DNA from: Nitrospirota bacterium
Lineage (GTDB): Bacteria; Nitrospirota; UBA9217
Assembly: GCA_963737155.1 (NCBI GenBank)
Contig: CAVTRN010000001.1
Span: forward strand, 1,184,001-1,248,000
Direction of reading: 5' to 3'
Length of the DNA: 64,000 nucleotides
Shown: piece by piece, positions 1 through 9,506 of the stretch
Layout: the number at the start of each line of letters is the position of its first letter
Numbering within the stretch: position 1 is the stretch's first letter
Notes under the pieces: generated by a model
Told to the model about the DNA's origin: nothing
What the model saw: the letters and a program-made list of their open reading frames with translations, nothing else
Databases searched by the model: none
Translations under genes and position numbers: made by a program

Positions 1-120
1 TTTTGAGTTTGGTTCGAAAGACTCTTCCGATGAACCTTTGAATAGATAAATGACTCATGGTTTGAGTCTTGCCGTAATCTGCCTCTCGCTGCCCTTATGC
101 AACAGTCTTTTATCGGTAAT

Positions 121-466
121 CTGACCGCGACCAGCGACCCCAAAAAGCTGGGGAAAAACACTGGCGGCAGCAGGAAAGCTCTTTAAATGGCAGTCAAGCA
201 GATAGACAGTCGGAAGCTGCAAACGGCTTTGAGTTATTTGGTCATGAATTGAAATTGTATCAGCAGGAATTTAGCAGGACAGCCAGGATGAAGCTGAACT
301 TTATATTATGAAAAGTCATACCTTGGATTTTGAGTGTTCGAGGTTAGTTCCAAACTTTTTGCCTCTGCAGACGCTTTAGGCTACCCTCTTTGTCGCAGGG
401 CTTGCACACCGCATCTTGCGTTGAGCGAATTAAAACGTGTTACCTCCGCCTCAAAACCCAAGGTAT
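121..466 (-). ncRNA. candidate structured non-coding RNA or long leader
   Basis: 17-bp stem 318-334/450-466, inner stem 361-372/392-401, hairpin 410-420, second long hairpin 121-170; mismatches are A-C on + but G-U on -; no ORF >=60 aa. Confidence 0.35.
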
Positions 467-507
467 TTTTATGAGTGACCTTTTTTTCTAAAGTATTTAG
501 TGTTTAT

Positions 508-543
508 GGCTATTAACATAGCCGATGCAATCTTTTACGTCAA
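508..543 (-). promoter_or_regulatory. sigma70-type promoter (TTGACG-17-TATGTT) overlapped by palindrome GGCTAT-TAAC-ATAGCC
   Basis: -35 at 543-538, -10 at 520-515, 17-bp spacer; perfect 6-bp inverted repeat at 508-523 covers the -10. Confidence 0.55.
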
Positions 544-630
544 GGGAATAAGTAATTTCTCTATAGTCTGCCATTTAGTTTCATGTATTTGAATTCCTTA
601 TTGCCGTTTTATATTTCTTATATCCCATTG

Positions 631-901
631 TTAGGATTCGCTCTGCATATAGATAGCATAATGCGTTGGGCAGGTGCAAATATGCTCATTACCGTTACCG
701 ACAGTAAATTTGTAGGAACAGGAAATGTCATCTGTATCCTTCTCAGTCTTTTACATGAAGCATTCTTTCATCGAAACACTTCTCAATTTTACATTGAAGC
801 AGGTGTTCGCAACCGCCTGTGGAAAGGCAGGAAAAATTATTACAACATCTGGTAGTCATTTTTATTGCTTCATCTAATACACCTGATACGCAAAATTCCA
901 T
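631..901 (-). pseudogene. small Cys-rich hypothetical protein with a single +1 frameshift
   Basis: MEFCVSG...TTRCCNNFSCLSTGGC...HVK continues in the next frame as TEKDTDDISCSYKF...ICTCPTHYAIY; one extra A in the run near 749-752. Confidence 0.45.
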
Positions 902-1508
902 TTAATTCCCTTCGTTCTCAACATTACAGTTAGTTTTAGTGGGGTTCAATGCAGACGACGAAACAGCATCATTTGAAAATATCGGGGATAACTGTTTAAG
1001 CACAGCAGACCATCTGTATGCATTTATTAGATAGCTAATGCCACTTCCCTCAAAGTATGATTTTGTTGTATAATCCTCCATTCACAACCAGCCGATAACC
1101 TCAGGTACTCCAAACCAGCTTTTGGCATTTATTGTTCACCATCTCATCGTGTGCATTGTGCCGCGATTTCAGTTTAACTGTAACGAGAAACATTGCATTA
1201 TTAGTGCTCGTAATTAAAACCAAGATTCCTCCCGATGCAGGGCCGTATATGCTTAAAAGCCTAGCCAAGCTGGCTTTAGAGTCTATGCCATCAATTATTT
1301 CAAGAACATCGTTTTTTGGTTGTGTAATCATACTCAGTGGGAATTTTACCATTTATTACTGAATCCGCATAAACAAGAAGCGCACCCTTCTTTCGGATAA
1401 ATAGCATTCTCTGTACACCACAGAAATATCAGGCATAAATGGGTCAAGTACTGATTAAGCCTAATCTCTTTCTTCTATTGGTGTCATTATGATATATGTC
1501 TGTTTCTT

Positions 1509-1883
1509 CTACTGATAAGTCGGCGGACCCATTGTTGAGATTATGATTTCATTAACCTCTTCTTCGTTCAGGCCGAGTTTTTCATTCATCAAGACAGTTT
1601 CTGCCTTTGCCTTGATAAAGCTGCAATGCCATCCCCAGTCCATCTTATAAAATCCGGGTTCATCCTCAACGGCAACGCATACGATAAAAGCACCTTCTTT
1701 GTTGCGTTCGGAATTAAGAACAAAATATGCTATCCGTCTACCTTTAAAAGCAGCCTCTACAAAATCCGCCACTTGATTGCTCAACTCAACTTTTTCCTTT
1801 GCTATAGATACAGTTCTTTTCTTTATTGTAGAAACAGGCTTTTTCTTTGATGGGCTTATGGGCTTTTTCTTTTTTGCTTTCAT
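1509..1883 (-). CDS. hypothetical protein with Lys-rich N-terminus
   Basis: ATG at 1883 preceded by GGAGG-like RBS; MKAKKKKPISPSKKKP... Confidence 0.6.
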   Translation of the reverse strand: MKAKKKKPISPSKKKPVSTIKKRTVSIAKEKVELSNQVADFVEAAFKGRRIAYFVLNSERNKEGAFIVCVAVEDEPGFYKMDWGWHCSFIKAKAETVLMNEKLGLNEEEVNEIIISTMGPPTYQ

Positions 1884-1903
1884 TAACAACCTCCAATTAT
1901 TCT

Positions 1904-3210
1904 GGTTCCTTCTCAAACTAAGTGGGTAATGGTATAGTAGAGGCCACGAAAAGGAGGGCTTCTATGCAGATACCGGAATCACTTTTTGAGAAGGCGCTTA
2001 AAGTTGAATCACCTTGGAAAATCACCAGGATTGACTTTCAGGAAAATGTGAAGCACCTGTATATTGACCTTGATTTTCCGGAAGGGAGCCTTTTCCCTTG
2101 TCCCCGTTGTGGCAAGTTGGTTACAGCATACGATACGAAGATAAAGACATGGCGGCACCTGAACTTTTTTCAATACGAGTGTTATTTACGGGTACGAATG
2201 CCACGAACGGACTGTCCTCAAGACGGCCCCTTACGTGTAGATGCGCCGTGGGCGCGAGCAGATGCGGATTTCACCCTTCTGTTTGAATCGTTTGCTATGA
2301 CGTTATGTCGGGAGATGCCAGTCAACACCGTGTCACGGATTATTGGGGTTGATGATAACAAACTCTGGCGGATGATGCGGCACTATGTTGAGGCTGCACG
2401 TCAAGAAGAGGATTATTCAGAAGTAACGCGACTCGGGACGGATGAAACGTCCAAGTGCAAAGGGCATGATTATGTCTCCCTCTTTGTCGACCTGGACGAG
2501 AAGAGAACGATCTTTGTGGCCGAAGGCAAAGGATCGGAGACGGTAGTCGCATGTACACAAGATTTGCGCGAACACGGTGGTGAACCGGAGAATATAACGG
2601 ATGTGAGTATAGATATGTCCCCGGCATTCATTAAGGGAGTGGAAGATAATTTTAAGAACGCGCAAATCACGTTTGATAAGTTTCATGTGATGAAGATTAT
2701 CAACAAAGCCGTAGATGAAGTGAGAAAAATAGAGTCGAGAGGACAGGATATTCTCCGCGGCCACAAGTACCTTTTTTTAAAAAACAGGGCGAATTTAACA
2801 GACAATCAAAGCGAATCACTTCGGGCGATAGAATCGCAGCCGCGATTGAACCTGAAGACAGTGCGGGCGCTACATATCCGAGAGAACTTTCAAGATATTT
2901 ATAAAGAGTGTGACAGCGAGACATTCGGGCGAGCACTGAGGAAATGGTATTTTTGGGCGACCCATTGCAGAATACCGCAAATCGTTGAAGCAGCTAAGAC
3001 GATCAAGAACCATTGGTCGGGTGTTGTAAGATGGTTTGAGAGCAAAGTAAACAATGGAATTCTCGAAGGCCTAAATAGTTTGGTTCAGGCAGCAAAGTCG
3101 AAGGCACGAGGATACCGTACTTTCAAGAACTTCTCGACGATTATCTACATGCTTACTGGTAAGCTCGACTACGGCAAGGTCGGACTACCCACTTGAGATG
3201 AGAAAGAACC
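1904..3210 (+). mobile_element. ISL3-family insertion sequence (1307 bp)
   Basis: imperfect 25-bp terminal IRs GGTTCCTTCTCAAACTAAGTGGGTA / GGTTCTTTCTCATCTCAAGTGGGTA; 8-bp TSD ATTATTCT at 1896-1903 and 3211-3218. Confidence 0.95.
1964..3196 (+). CDS. ISL3 family transposase
   Basis: CPxCG zinc motif, GTDET, DMSPAF, FDKFHV, NGILEGLNS, ARGYR motifs; RBS before ATG 1964. Confidence 0.95.
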   Translation: MQIPESLFEKALKVESPWKITRIDFQENVKHLYIDLDFPEGSLFPCPRCGKLVTAYDTKIKTWRHLNFFQYECYLRVRMPRTDCPQDGPLRVDAPWARADADFTLLFESFAMTLCREMPVNTVSRIIGVDDNKLWRMMRHYVEAARQEEDYSEVTRLGTDETSKCKGHDYVSLFVDLDEKRTIFVAEGKGSETVVACTQDLREHGGEPENITDVSIDMSPAFIKGVEDNFKNAQITFDKFHVMKIINKAVDEVRKIESRGQDILRGHKYLFLKNRANLTDNQSESLRAIESQPRLNLKTVRALHIRENFQDIYKECDSETFGRALRKWYFWATHCRIPQIVEAAKTIKNHWSGVVRWFESKVNNGILEGLNSLVQAAKSKARGYRTFKNFSTIIYMLTGKLDYGKVGLPT

Positions 3211-3341
3211 ATTATTCTTCTATTTTAGTGTTATTTTGTATGAAGTGCAAGAAGACCGTGAAAGCCTGTGAGTATCTTGACCTTTATCCCTGCCCCGTTT
3301 CTGTTTACCGGATAGTCTAAATCCTGTATAATCTGTCAACC

Positions 3342-3914
3342 ATGAAATCAGCCACCCAATATCGTAAAGCAACCTCTACAGACTTCGCGGGAATTATCCG
3401 CTTGCAGAATGACAATCTCATAACTGCTCTTCAAGGGAAGGATTTATCTCAGGGGTTTCTGACCATACCATTGTCAGTGGAACAACTTCACAGGATAAAC
3501 AGAGAACATGGCATATACGTTGCTTGCCAGGGTAAGGAAATCATCGGATACCTGATGGCACAATCTGTCGAAATAGCTACGGGGTCACCTTTGATAGCCC
3601 GCATGCTTAGCAGACTGAAGAAATTCATATTCGAAGGTGTTGTCTTGTCATCTTGCAAAGTGTTTGTTTATGGACCTGTCTGCATTGACAGGGAACACAG
3701 AGGACAAGAGATATTAGAAGAATTATTTAAGGTTATGCTCCAGACATTGCAAGGTAAATATGATGTAGGTGTTGCTTTTGTTTCAGCACTGAATCCCCGT
3801 TCCTATAATGCTCACAAGAATAAACTTGGGATGCGGATAGCTGATGAATTTGAATTCAATGGACAGAAATATTGGACTCTTGTCTTTGCGGTGAAACAGA
3901 AAGACCAAAAGTGA
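3342..3914 (+). CDS. GNAT-like acetyltransferase
   Basis: YGPVCIDREHRGQ motif A, NPRSYNAH motif; 190 aa. Confidence 0.75.
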   Translation: MKSATQYRKATSTDFAGIIRLQNDNLITALQGKDLSQGFLTIPLSVEQLHRINREHGIYVACQGKEIIGYLMAQSVEIATGSPLIARMLSRLKKFIFEGVVLSSCKVFVYGPVCIDREHRGQEILEELFKVMLQTLQGKYDVGVAFVSALNPRSYNAHKNKLGMRIADEFEFNGQKYWTLVFAVKQKDQK

Positions 3915-4188
3915 TAGATAACTTTTTTATGTAGTAGCCGGAAACTCGCCATTCATCATCTTTTTCCATCATGGGTACGACTATTTCTATTTCTTCTCTC
4001 TTGTTCCCGAAAGATGAAGACAACACCAGCTACTTCCTTCAATATGGTATACTTATTTTCAGGCATTGTAGGACAGGAAGTAGGAATTTGCAAGACGAGA
4101 ACAGAACTACACGGGTAGCTTGTGCACCAGAATTGTGCAAAAAAAACACAAATTTGACTATGCTAACCTTTTGAATTATCATCAATGT

Positions 4189-4230
4189 GGTCGAGGGGCT
4201 TATCGGGTTAGAAACCCGTCGCCCGCTCCA
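4189..4230 (+). repeat. degenerate 3' half of a tRNA-Gly-like gene (att remnant, copy 1)
   Basis: GGTCGAGGGG...CGGGTTAGAAACCCGTCGCCCGCTCCA = T-arm + acceptor 3' strand + CCA; no 5' half. Confidence 0.7.
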
Positions 4231-4489
4231 TTTTTATATCAATAATCCGGGGGTTATCTCTCGGATTTTTTGTTTTTCGTGAATTCTTCGGGACTGTCCC
4301 CGCCACAATCTTTTGAACAATCAGGCATCACTTGTTCGCGGGTAGCTACGGTTTTCGGCGGCCCAAGAATTTGGTGCAAGATTTCGAGAAATACCGGTTT
4401 TAACCGCACGATCTCAACTTTTATTTGCATCTTTTACAAGAAAGTCAGTAATACCTTTGGCCAATATATATTGTGATTAGACCTGATCC

Positions 4490-4830
4490 TGCTGACTTAT
4501 CTTTTAAAATCATCATTAGTAGCGCACGACCTCATATTCTGATTCGGCTGGGAGGAGTTTATCGTTGTCTTGAAAGCGTCTTCTAATAATGATGCTGAAC
4601 TGAAACAGCGTTAAATAGGTTCCGGAAGTCTGTGCAGAAACACTCTCTTCGGCAAATCGGCGAGATCATTGTCAGTATTGACTGCATCCAAATTTCCAAC
4701 AACGATGTCTCTGTCGCTTGCCTGGAGCAAGCCGATCTAACTCTCTATTATACGAAAGAACTTGGCTGTAAAAGAACATTGCAACTATGAGCAGCAGATT
4801 GACGAGGGGGAAATAGACGTAAGGAATACG
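4490..4830 (+). pseudogene. GGDEF diguanylate cyclase C-terminal remnant
   Basis: IRL-G-EEFIVVL, IVSI, LEQADLTLYYTKELG segments across frameshifts and stops. Confidence 0.65.
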
Positions 4831-5049
4831 CGATGCGAATCAGAGCGATTGAACTGTTCAGAACACGCTTCTGAAAAACTCCCGACCTCGGGGATGAGGA
4901 TGCTATCCTGGGGAAAAACCAATGAATGCTTCGAAATATCCTCAACAGAAGAACGAAGCGGCAAAAATTTCCGGAGGCCTGAAATTCAGCCGGTTTGAGC
5001 GCTAAACAAGCTCTTGACAATGACTAAGGACTTGCTTTATCATCGTGCA

Positions 5050-5090
5050 GGTCGAGGGGGTCGCGGGTTCGAGACCCATCGCCCGCTCCA
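5050..5090 (+). repeat. 3' half of a tRNA-Gly-like gene (att remnant, copy 2)
   Basis: GGTCGAGGGGGTCGCGGGTTCGAGACCCATCGCCCGCTCCA; GGTTCGA T-loop, U discriminator + CCA; no D arm or 5' acceptor strand. Confidence 0.8.
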
Positions 5091-5122
5091 TTTTAACAAC
5101 TTCGTTAAAATTATTCCATGGT

Positions 5123-5157
5123 AACCCTTGCCTGATGAATCAGGTGGGGGTTTTTTG
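5123..5157 (+). terminator. putative intrinsic terminator after the tRNA fragment
   Basis: AACCCTTGCCTGAT-GA-ATCAGGTGGGGGTT followed by a T run. Confidence 0.55.
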
Positions 5158-5177
5158 TTATTGCCCGGGGAAACATT

Positions 5178-5699
5178 ATGACAAACAAAATCATATTCAT
5201 TACCGGCGGTGCTCGGTCCGGGAAATCATCCTATGCCGAGAAACTGGCAATGAGTCTGGCTGGCAAACGGGCCTATCTTGCCACTGCCCAGGCACTGGAT
5301 GCGGAGATGGCTGCGAGAATCGAGAAGCACCGTCAGTGCCGCGGAAGTGCTTGGAACACCTATGAAGAGCCACTGGCCGTTGCCGCACTCCTGCGCAAAC
5401 TATCGGACCGCTATCAGGTTGTGCTTCTCGACTGCCTTACGCTCTGGCTGAGTAATGTTATGGCTCATACTGATGGTGAGGGCGCGGTTGTTCTTCTCTC
5501 GGAAGAGTTGGTGAAAGCTGTCAAGGATTTCACCGGGACGTGCATCGTGGTTTCGAATGAGGTGGGACTGGGTATCGTTCCTGACAACCCCCTTGCAAGA
5601 AAGTTCCGGGACTATGCAGGTTTGCTGAATCAGATGATCGCCCGGGCTGCAGACGAGGTTTATTTTACGGCTTCGGGAATACCGGTGAGGCTTAAATAA
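5178..5699 (+). CDS. cobU: bifunctional adenosylcobinamide kinase / adenosylcobinamide-phosphate guanylyltransferase
   Basis: GGARSGKS P-loop, EMAARIEKH, DCLTLWLSN, SNEVGLGIVP. Confidence 0.95.
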   Translation: MTNKIIFITGGARSGKSSYAEKLAMSLAGKRAYLATAQALDAEMAARIEKHRQCRGSAWNTYEEPLAVAALLRKLSDRYQVVLLDCLTLWLSNVMAHTDGEGAVVLLSEELVKAVKDFTGTCIVVSNEVGLGIVPDNPLARKFRDYAGLLNQMIARAADEVYFTASGIPVRLK

Positions 5700-5738
5700 A
5701 AGAGAAAAGGTAGGGATGGTCAAAGAATAGAAGGAAAT

Positions 5739-6663
5739 TTGACAACCGGTACGAAGAGCAGGAATAAGCTTATTTTCACTTTCACTGGTGACCACGGCGT
5801 GACTGAAGAGAGCGTCAGCGCCTATCCGAAAGGTAACCACCCAGATGGTTCTCAACTTCCTTCGCGGCGGTGTCGGGGTAATTGTTTCTCGCCCGGCATG
5901 TGGATTCACGGGTTATCGTGGCAGAATGGGCGTCGATTACGCGCCCAAAGCTATGAATGCGTTGGAAATCAGGAAGATCGACTACGGCACGAGGAGTATG
6001 ACTAAGGTTCTCGGCCATGAGCCGGGAAGATGCGGAACGCACGGTGCTTGCTGGAATAGAACTCGTTGAAAAGTACAAAGACGGACTCGACCTGCTTAGC
6101 GCCGGTGATATGAGCTTCGACAACACGACGCCGTCCTCAGCTATTGTCTCGGTCATTACAGCCACAGACACTGCGCGCGTGATGGGCCGCGGAACGGGAA
6201 TCAATGACCGTTCGCTCCGGCGTACGTTGGCCAATATCAAAAAGGCAATAGCAGCAAACAATAGGATTTCGAGGATGCTCTTGACATGCTTGACAAGCTC
6301 GGTGGTTACGAAATCGGGGGCATCGTCGGCCCTGTGCTCGGGGCGGTTCTGTACCGGAACCCCGTTGAAATTGACGGATTCAAATCGAACATGGGCGCAC
6401 TTATCGCTTTGGTGCTCAATTCCTAGGACAAGGGGTACAAGTTCGTGGCGCATCAGTTCGTCGAGATCGGCCATCGCAGGATGCTCGCTCACCTCGAATA
6501 GATCCACTTCCTGGACCTGAATCTCAGGCTTGGTGAGGGAACCGTCGCGGTTCTCGGCATGTCGCTTGTCGAGGCAGGTGTGAAAATGCTTATCGAGGTG
6601 GCCACCTTCGCCGTTACGGGTTTAGCGGAAAAGCATGAGGAACCGGTAAAGCGGAAGGCGTAA
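5739..6663 (+). pseudogene. cobT: nicotinate-nucleotide:dimethylbenzimidazole phosphoribosyltransferase, fragmented
   Basis: [51 protein letters not shown] pieces in different frames; N-terminus missing; lies between cobU and cobS. Confidence 0.9.
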
Positions 6664-6738
6664 GTGGGAAATTCTGATGCTCAGGGACAGATCAGCGCTG
6701 GCTGTTGCCGGATTAAGAATACACCGTAGGGGACTCGG

Positions 6739-7509
6739 ATGATAAAGAACTTTATAACTGCATTGCAGTTTTTGACAATATTCACGATAAACAAAAGGCA
6801 TGAGATCGAGGAAAACGATCTAGCGCGATCCATGAGCTACTTCCCTCTGGTCGGTTTTCTCGTTGGGGTGATCCTGGTCAATGCGGACAAACTTTTCATG
6901 GTCATAGCCCTACCCCAGACGATCGGCACGCTTCTTATTCTCGTCATCTCCGTACTGATCACCCGAGCGCTCCATGTCGATGGACTGGCTGATACTCTTG
7001 ACGGTCTGATGGGGGGAACCGATCATACCTCACGCCTCGCCATCATGAAGGACAGTAGGCTTGGGACTGCCGGTGTGCTTGGTATCCTCTTCTCCCTATT
7101 CATGAAATATCTTTGCCTCAACAACCTCATTGAGAGCGATCGGGTTGCCGTGCTCTTGACCGCTCCTGTGCTGGGGCGCTGGTCCCAGACTTTCATGGTG
7201 TTCAACGCAAGCTATGGACGCGAAAACGGGATGGGAAAGGCATTTGTCGGTCATCTACGGTCGAGTGGCCTAGTTGCCGCATCCCTGCTCGCGGTGGGGC
7301 TGACGGCATTCGTAGTTGTGCGGCTGGACATGCACTCTGTAGCACTATTTGTCAGTGTTCTCTCCGGTGTTCTGCTGTTCACCTACCTCGGGAAGAGTTA
7401 TTTGATCAGAAAGCTCAGTGGCGTGACAGGCGACGCAATCGGCGCGATGAACGAACTTAATGAAGTGCTGGTGTTCCTTATCTTTGTAATTTTTTCCGGG
7501 GGGAATTAG
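6739..7509 (+). CDS. cobS: adenosylcobinamide-GDP ribazoletransferase
   Basis: LHVDGLADTLDG, IMKDSRLG, GVTGDAIGA; hydrophobic. Confidence 0.95.
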   Translation: MIKNFITALQFLTIFTINKRHEIEENDLARSMSYFPLVGFLVGVILVNADKLFMVIALPQTIGTLLILVISVLITRALHVDGLADTLDGLMGGTDHTSRLAIMKDSRLGTAGVLGILFSLFMKYLCLNNLIESDRVAVLLTAPVLGRWSQTFMVFNASYGRENGMGKAFVGHLRSSGLVAASLLAVGLTAFVVVRLDMHSVALFVSVLSGVLLFTYLGKSYLIRKLSGVTGDAIGAMNELNEVLVFLIFVIFSGGN

Positions 7510-7513
7510 TCCC

Positions 7514-8110
7514 ATGCCGACGCGAGTGTACCTCATGCGCCACGGTGAAGTGGCGAACGACGGCGAAAAGCGCTATAACGGCCATATCGACGTCGATATT
7601 ACCGAAAATGGCATCTACCAGATGCATCGACTGTCGGGATTGCTGTTGGGTAAGAACATATCGGCCGTTTATTGTAGCGACCTCATCCGCTCTCGCAAGG
7701 GTGCGGACATTATTTCGCAAAGTCTCGGCCTGAAATTTACACCCCTCCGCGAGCTCCGTGAACGGAGTATGGGAGCATGGGAAGGACTCACAGCCGAGGA
7801 TATTAAGCAGCGATATCCTAAAGAGTACGAGACTTGGAGGGCCGACCTGCTCAATTACCGGCCGCCCTCCGGTGAGTGTCTACTCGACGTGAAGGACAGG
7901 ATCCTTCCAGCATACAAGAAAAAGGTGTCATTCCATCGCGACCAGGAAATCGCCATGCTACTGCACGGCGGCGTAAACCGGATCATTCTTGCCGACGCAC
8001 TCGGCTTAGACCTCATGAACATGTTCAGGATTGACCAGTCATACGGTGCATTGAACATCATCGAATACTTCGACGACGGGATGGCTGTAGCCAAACTAGT
8101 CAATGGGTGA
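7514..8110 (+). CDS. cobC: alpha-ribazole phosphatase (histidine phosphatase family)
   Basis: RHGE motif, LRE..G.WEG, HGGV; follows cobS. Confidence 0.85.
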   Translation: MPTRVYLMRHGEVANDGEKRYNGHIDVDITENGIYQMHRLSGLLLGKNISAVYCSDLIRSRKGADIISQSLGLKFTPLRELRERSMGAWEGLTAEDIKQRYPKEYETWRADLLNYRPPSGECLLDVKDRILPAYKKKVSFHRDQEIAMLLHGGVNRIILADALGLDLMNMFRIDQSYGALNIIEYFDDGMAVAKLVNG

Positions 8111-8177
8111 TGGTATTGGTAAATTTCAATAAAAATATTGACATTTAGCTCCCTCATGCCGTATTCTAGACAAACAT

Positions 8178-8265
8178 AACCTGGGGGAGCCGCATGGCTG
8201 AGAGTCCTGATTTCAAGGGATGACCCTTAGAACCTGATCCGGGTAGTTCCGGCGTAGGGAAGGCA
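8178..8265 (+). promoter_or_regulatory. TPP riboswitch aptamer
   Basis: GGGGAG...GCTGAGA...GACCCTTAGAACCTGATCCGGGTAGTTCCGGCGTAGGGAAG directly upstream of the thi operon. Confidence 0.95.
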
Positions 8266-8295
8266 AGTCAATGGCTATCGTCAAAACCTTTTCCA

Positions 8296-8331
8296 GCCGT
8301 ATCCTCGGATACGGCTTTATTGTTTTTTTTT
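8296..8331 (+). terminator. riboswitch-associated terminator
   Basis: AGCCGTATCC-TC-GGATACGGCT followed by a T-rich tract. Confidence 0.75.
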
Positions 8332-8385
8332 GCTGCAGATAGAACTGCATATCCTACAGTTGTAAAATCGCATTGTCTTTTAATA

Positions 8386-8589
8386 ATGATGATTATAACC
8401 CTCAATGGAGAGAAAAAAGAAGTCCCTGAAGGCATTACTATCACGGGGCTACTGGAATTTTTGAAGATACAACGCCAGCGGGTAGCCGTTGAGCTGAATA
8501 TGGAAATCGTCAGAAAGGACAAGTTCGACGCGATGGCCATTCACGAGGGAGACAGCCTCGAAATCGTGAGTTTCATGACAGGGGGGTAG
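8386..8589 (+). CDS. thiS: sulfur carrier protein ThiS
   Basis: ITLNGE, VAVELN, C-terminal GG. Confidence 0.95.
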   Translation: MMIITLNGEKKEVPEGITITGLLEFLKIQRQRVAVELNMEIVRKDKFDAMAIHEGDSLEIVSFMTGG

Positions 8590-8648
8590 ATAAAAAAGTT
8601 AAGAGTTCACAGTTCAGGGTTCAAGGTGACTATAAGGAGTAATGGAAC

Positions 8649-9428
8649 ATGACGAACGATAAACTTATCATAGCAGGAATAAAATTCCAATCCCGGCTCT
8701 GGGTGGGCACGGGAAAATACAAGGATTTTGCAGAAACGAAGAAAGCCATCGAGGTTTCCGGGACTGATGTAGTAACCGTGTCCGTGCGGCGCGTGAATAT
8801 CATCGACAAAAGCAAGGAAAACCTGCTCGATTATATCGATCCGAAAAAATACAAGATTCTGCCGAATACTGCGGGCTGCTACACGGCCAAGGACGCAATC
8901 CGCACGGCGATGCTGGCTGCGGAGGCTGGAATCACGAATCTCGTGAAGCTTGAAGTGATCGGCGACGAAAAGACGCTGTTCCCGGATAACGAAGCCACGC
9001 TTGAAGCAGCGAAGGTCCTTGTGAAGGAAGGCTTGATCGTGCTGCCCTACACCAGCGACGACCCGATCATGGCGAAGAAACTTGTGGACATAGGCTGCCC
9101 GGCTGTCATGCCGCTTGCTGCCCCTATCGGCTCCGGTCTCGGCATCAGGAATCCTTATAATATACTGATCATTATGGAAACAGTAAAGGTTCCGATCATT
9201 GTGGACGCGGGGGTGGGTACGGCGTCCGATGTGGCGCTTGCCATGGAGCTGGGCTGTGACGCGGTCCTCCTGAACACGGCGATTGCTGGTGCAAAGGACC
9301 CGATTGCAATGGCAGAGGCAATGAAGTACGGCGTGCTCGGCGGTAGGCTTGCCTTCAAGGCGGGCCGGATAGCGAAGAAACTTTATGCAACAGCCAGCAG
9401 CCCACTGGACGGGATGATAGGAAGCTGA
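8649..9428 (+). CDS. thiG: thiazole synthase
   Basis: [32 protein letters not shown]. Confidence 0.97.
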   Translation: MTNDKLIIAGIKFQSRLWVGTGKYKDFAETKKAIEVSGTDVVTVSVRRVNIIDKSKENLLDYIDPKKYKILPNTAGCYTAKDAIRTAMLAAEAGITNLVKLEVIGDEKTLFPDNEATLEAAKVLVKEGLIVLPYTSDDPIMAKKLVDIGCPAVMPLAAPIGSGLGIRNPYNILIIMETVKVPIIVDAGVGTASDVALAMELGCDAVLLNTAIAGAKDPIAMAEAMKYGVLGGRLAFKAGRIAKKLYATASSPLDGMIGS

Positions 9429-9506
9429 AAATTCGTATTGGGTAGAGAGAAGTGAACAGAGAATAAGCCCTATGTTTTCTGCCCATCTGAAGGCGAGGAG
9501 GTTGCG

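Noticed and set aside
311-487. 6S RNA or c-di-GMP riboswitch
   Set aside because: The long hairpin is suggestive, but the conserved motifs and usual gene context are not matched
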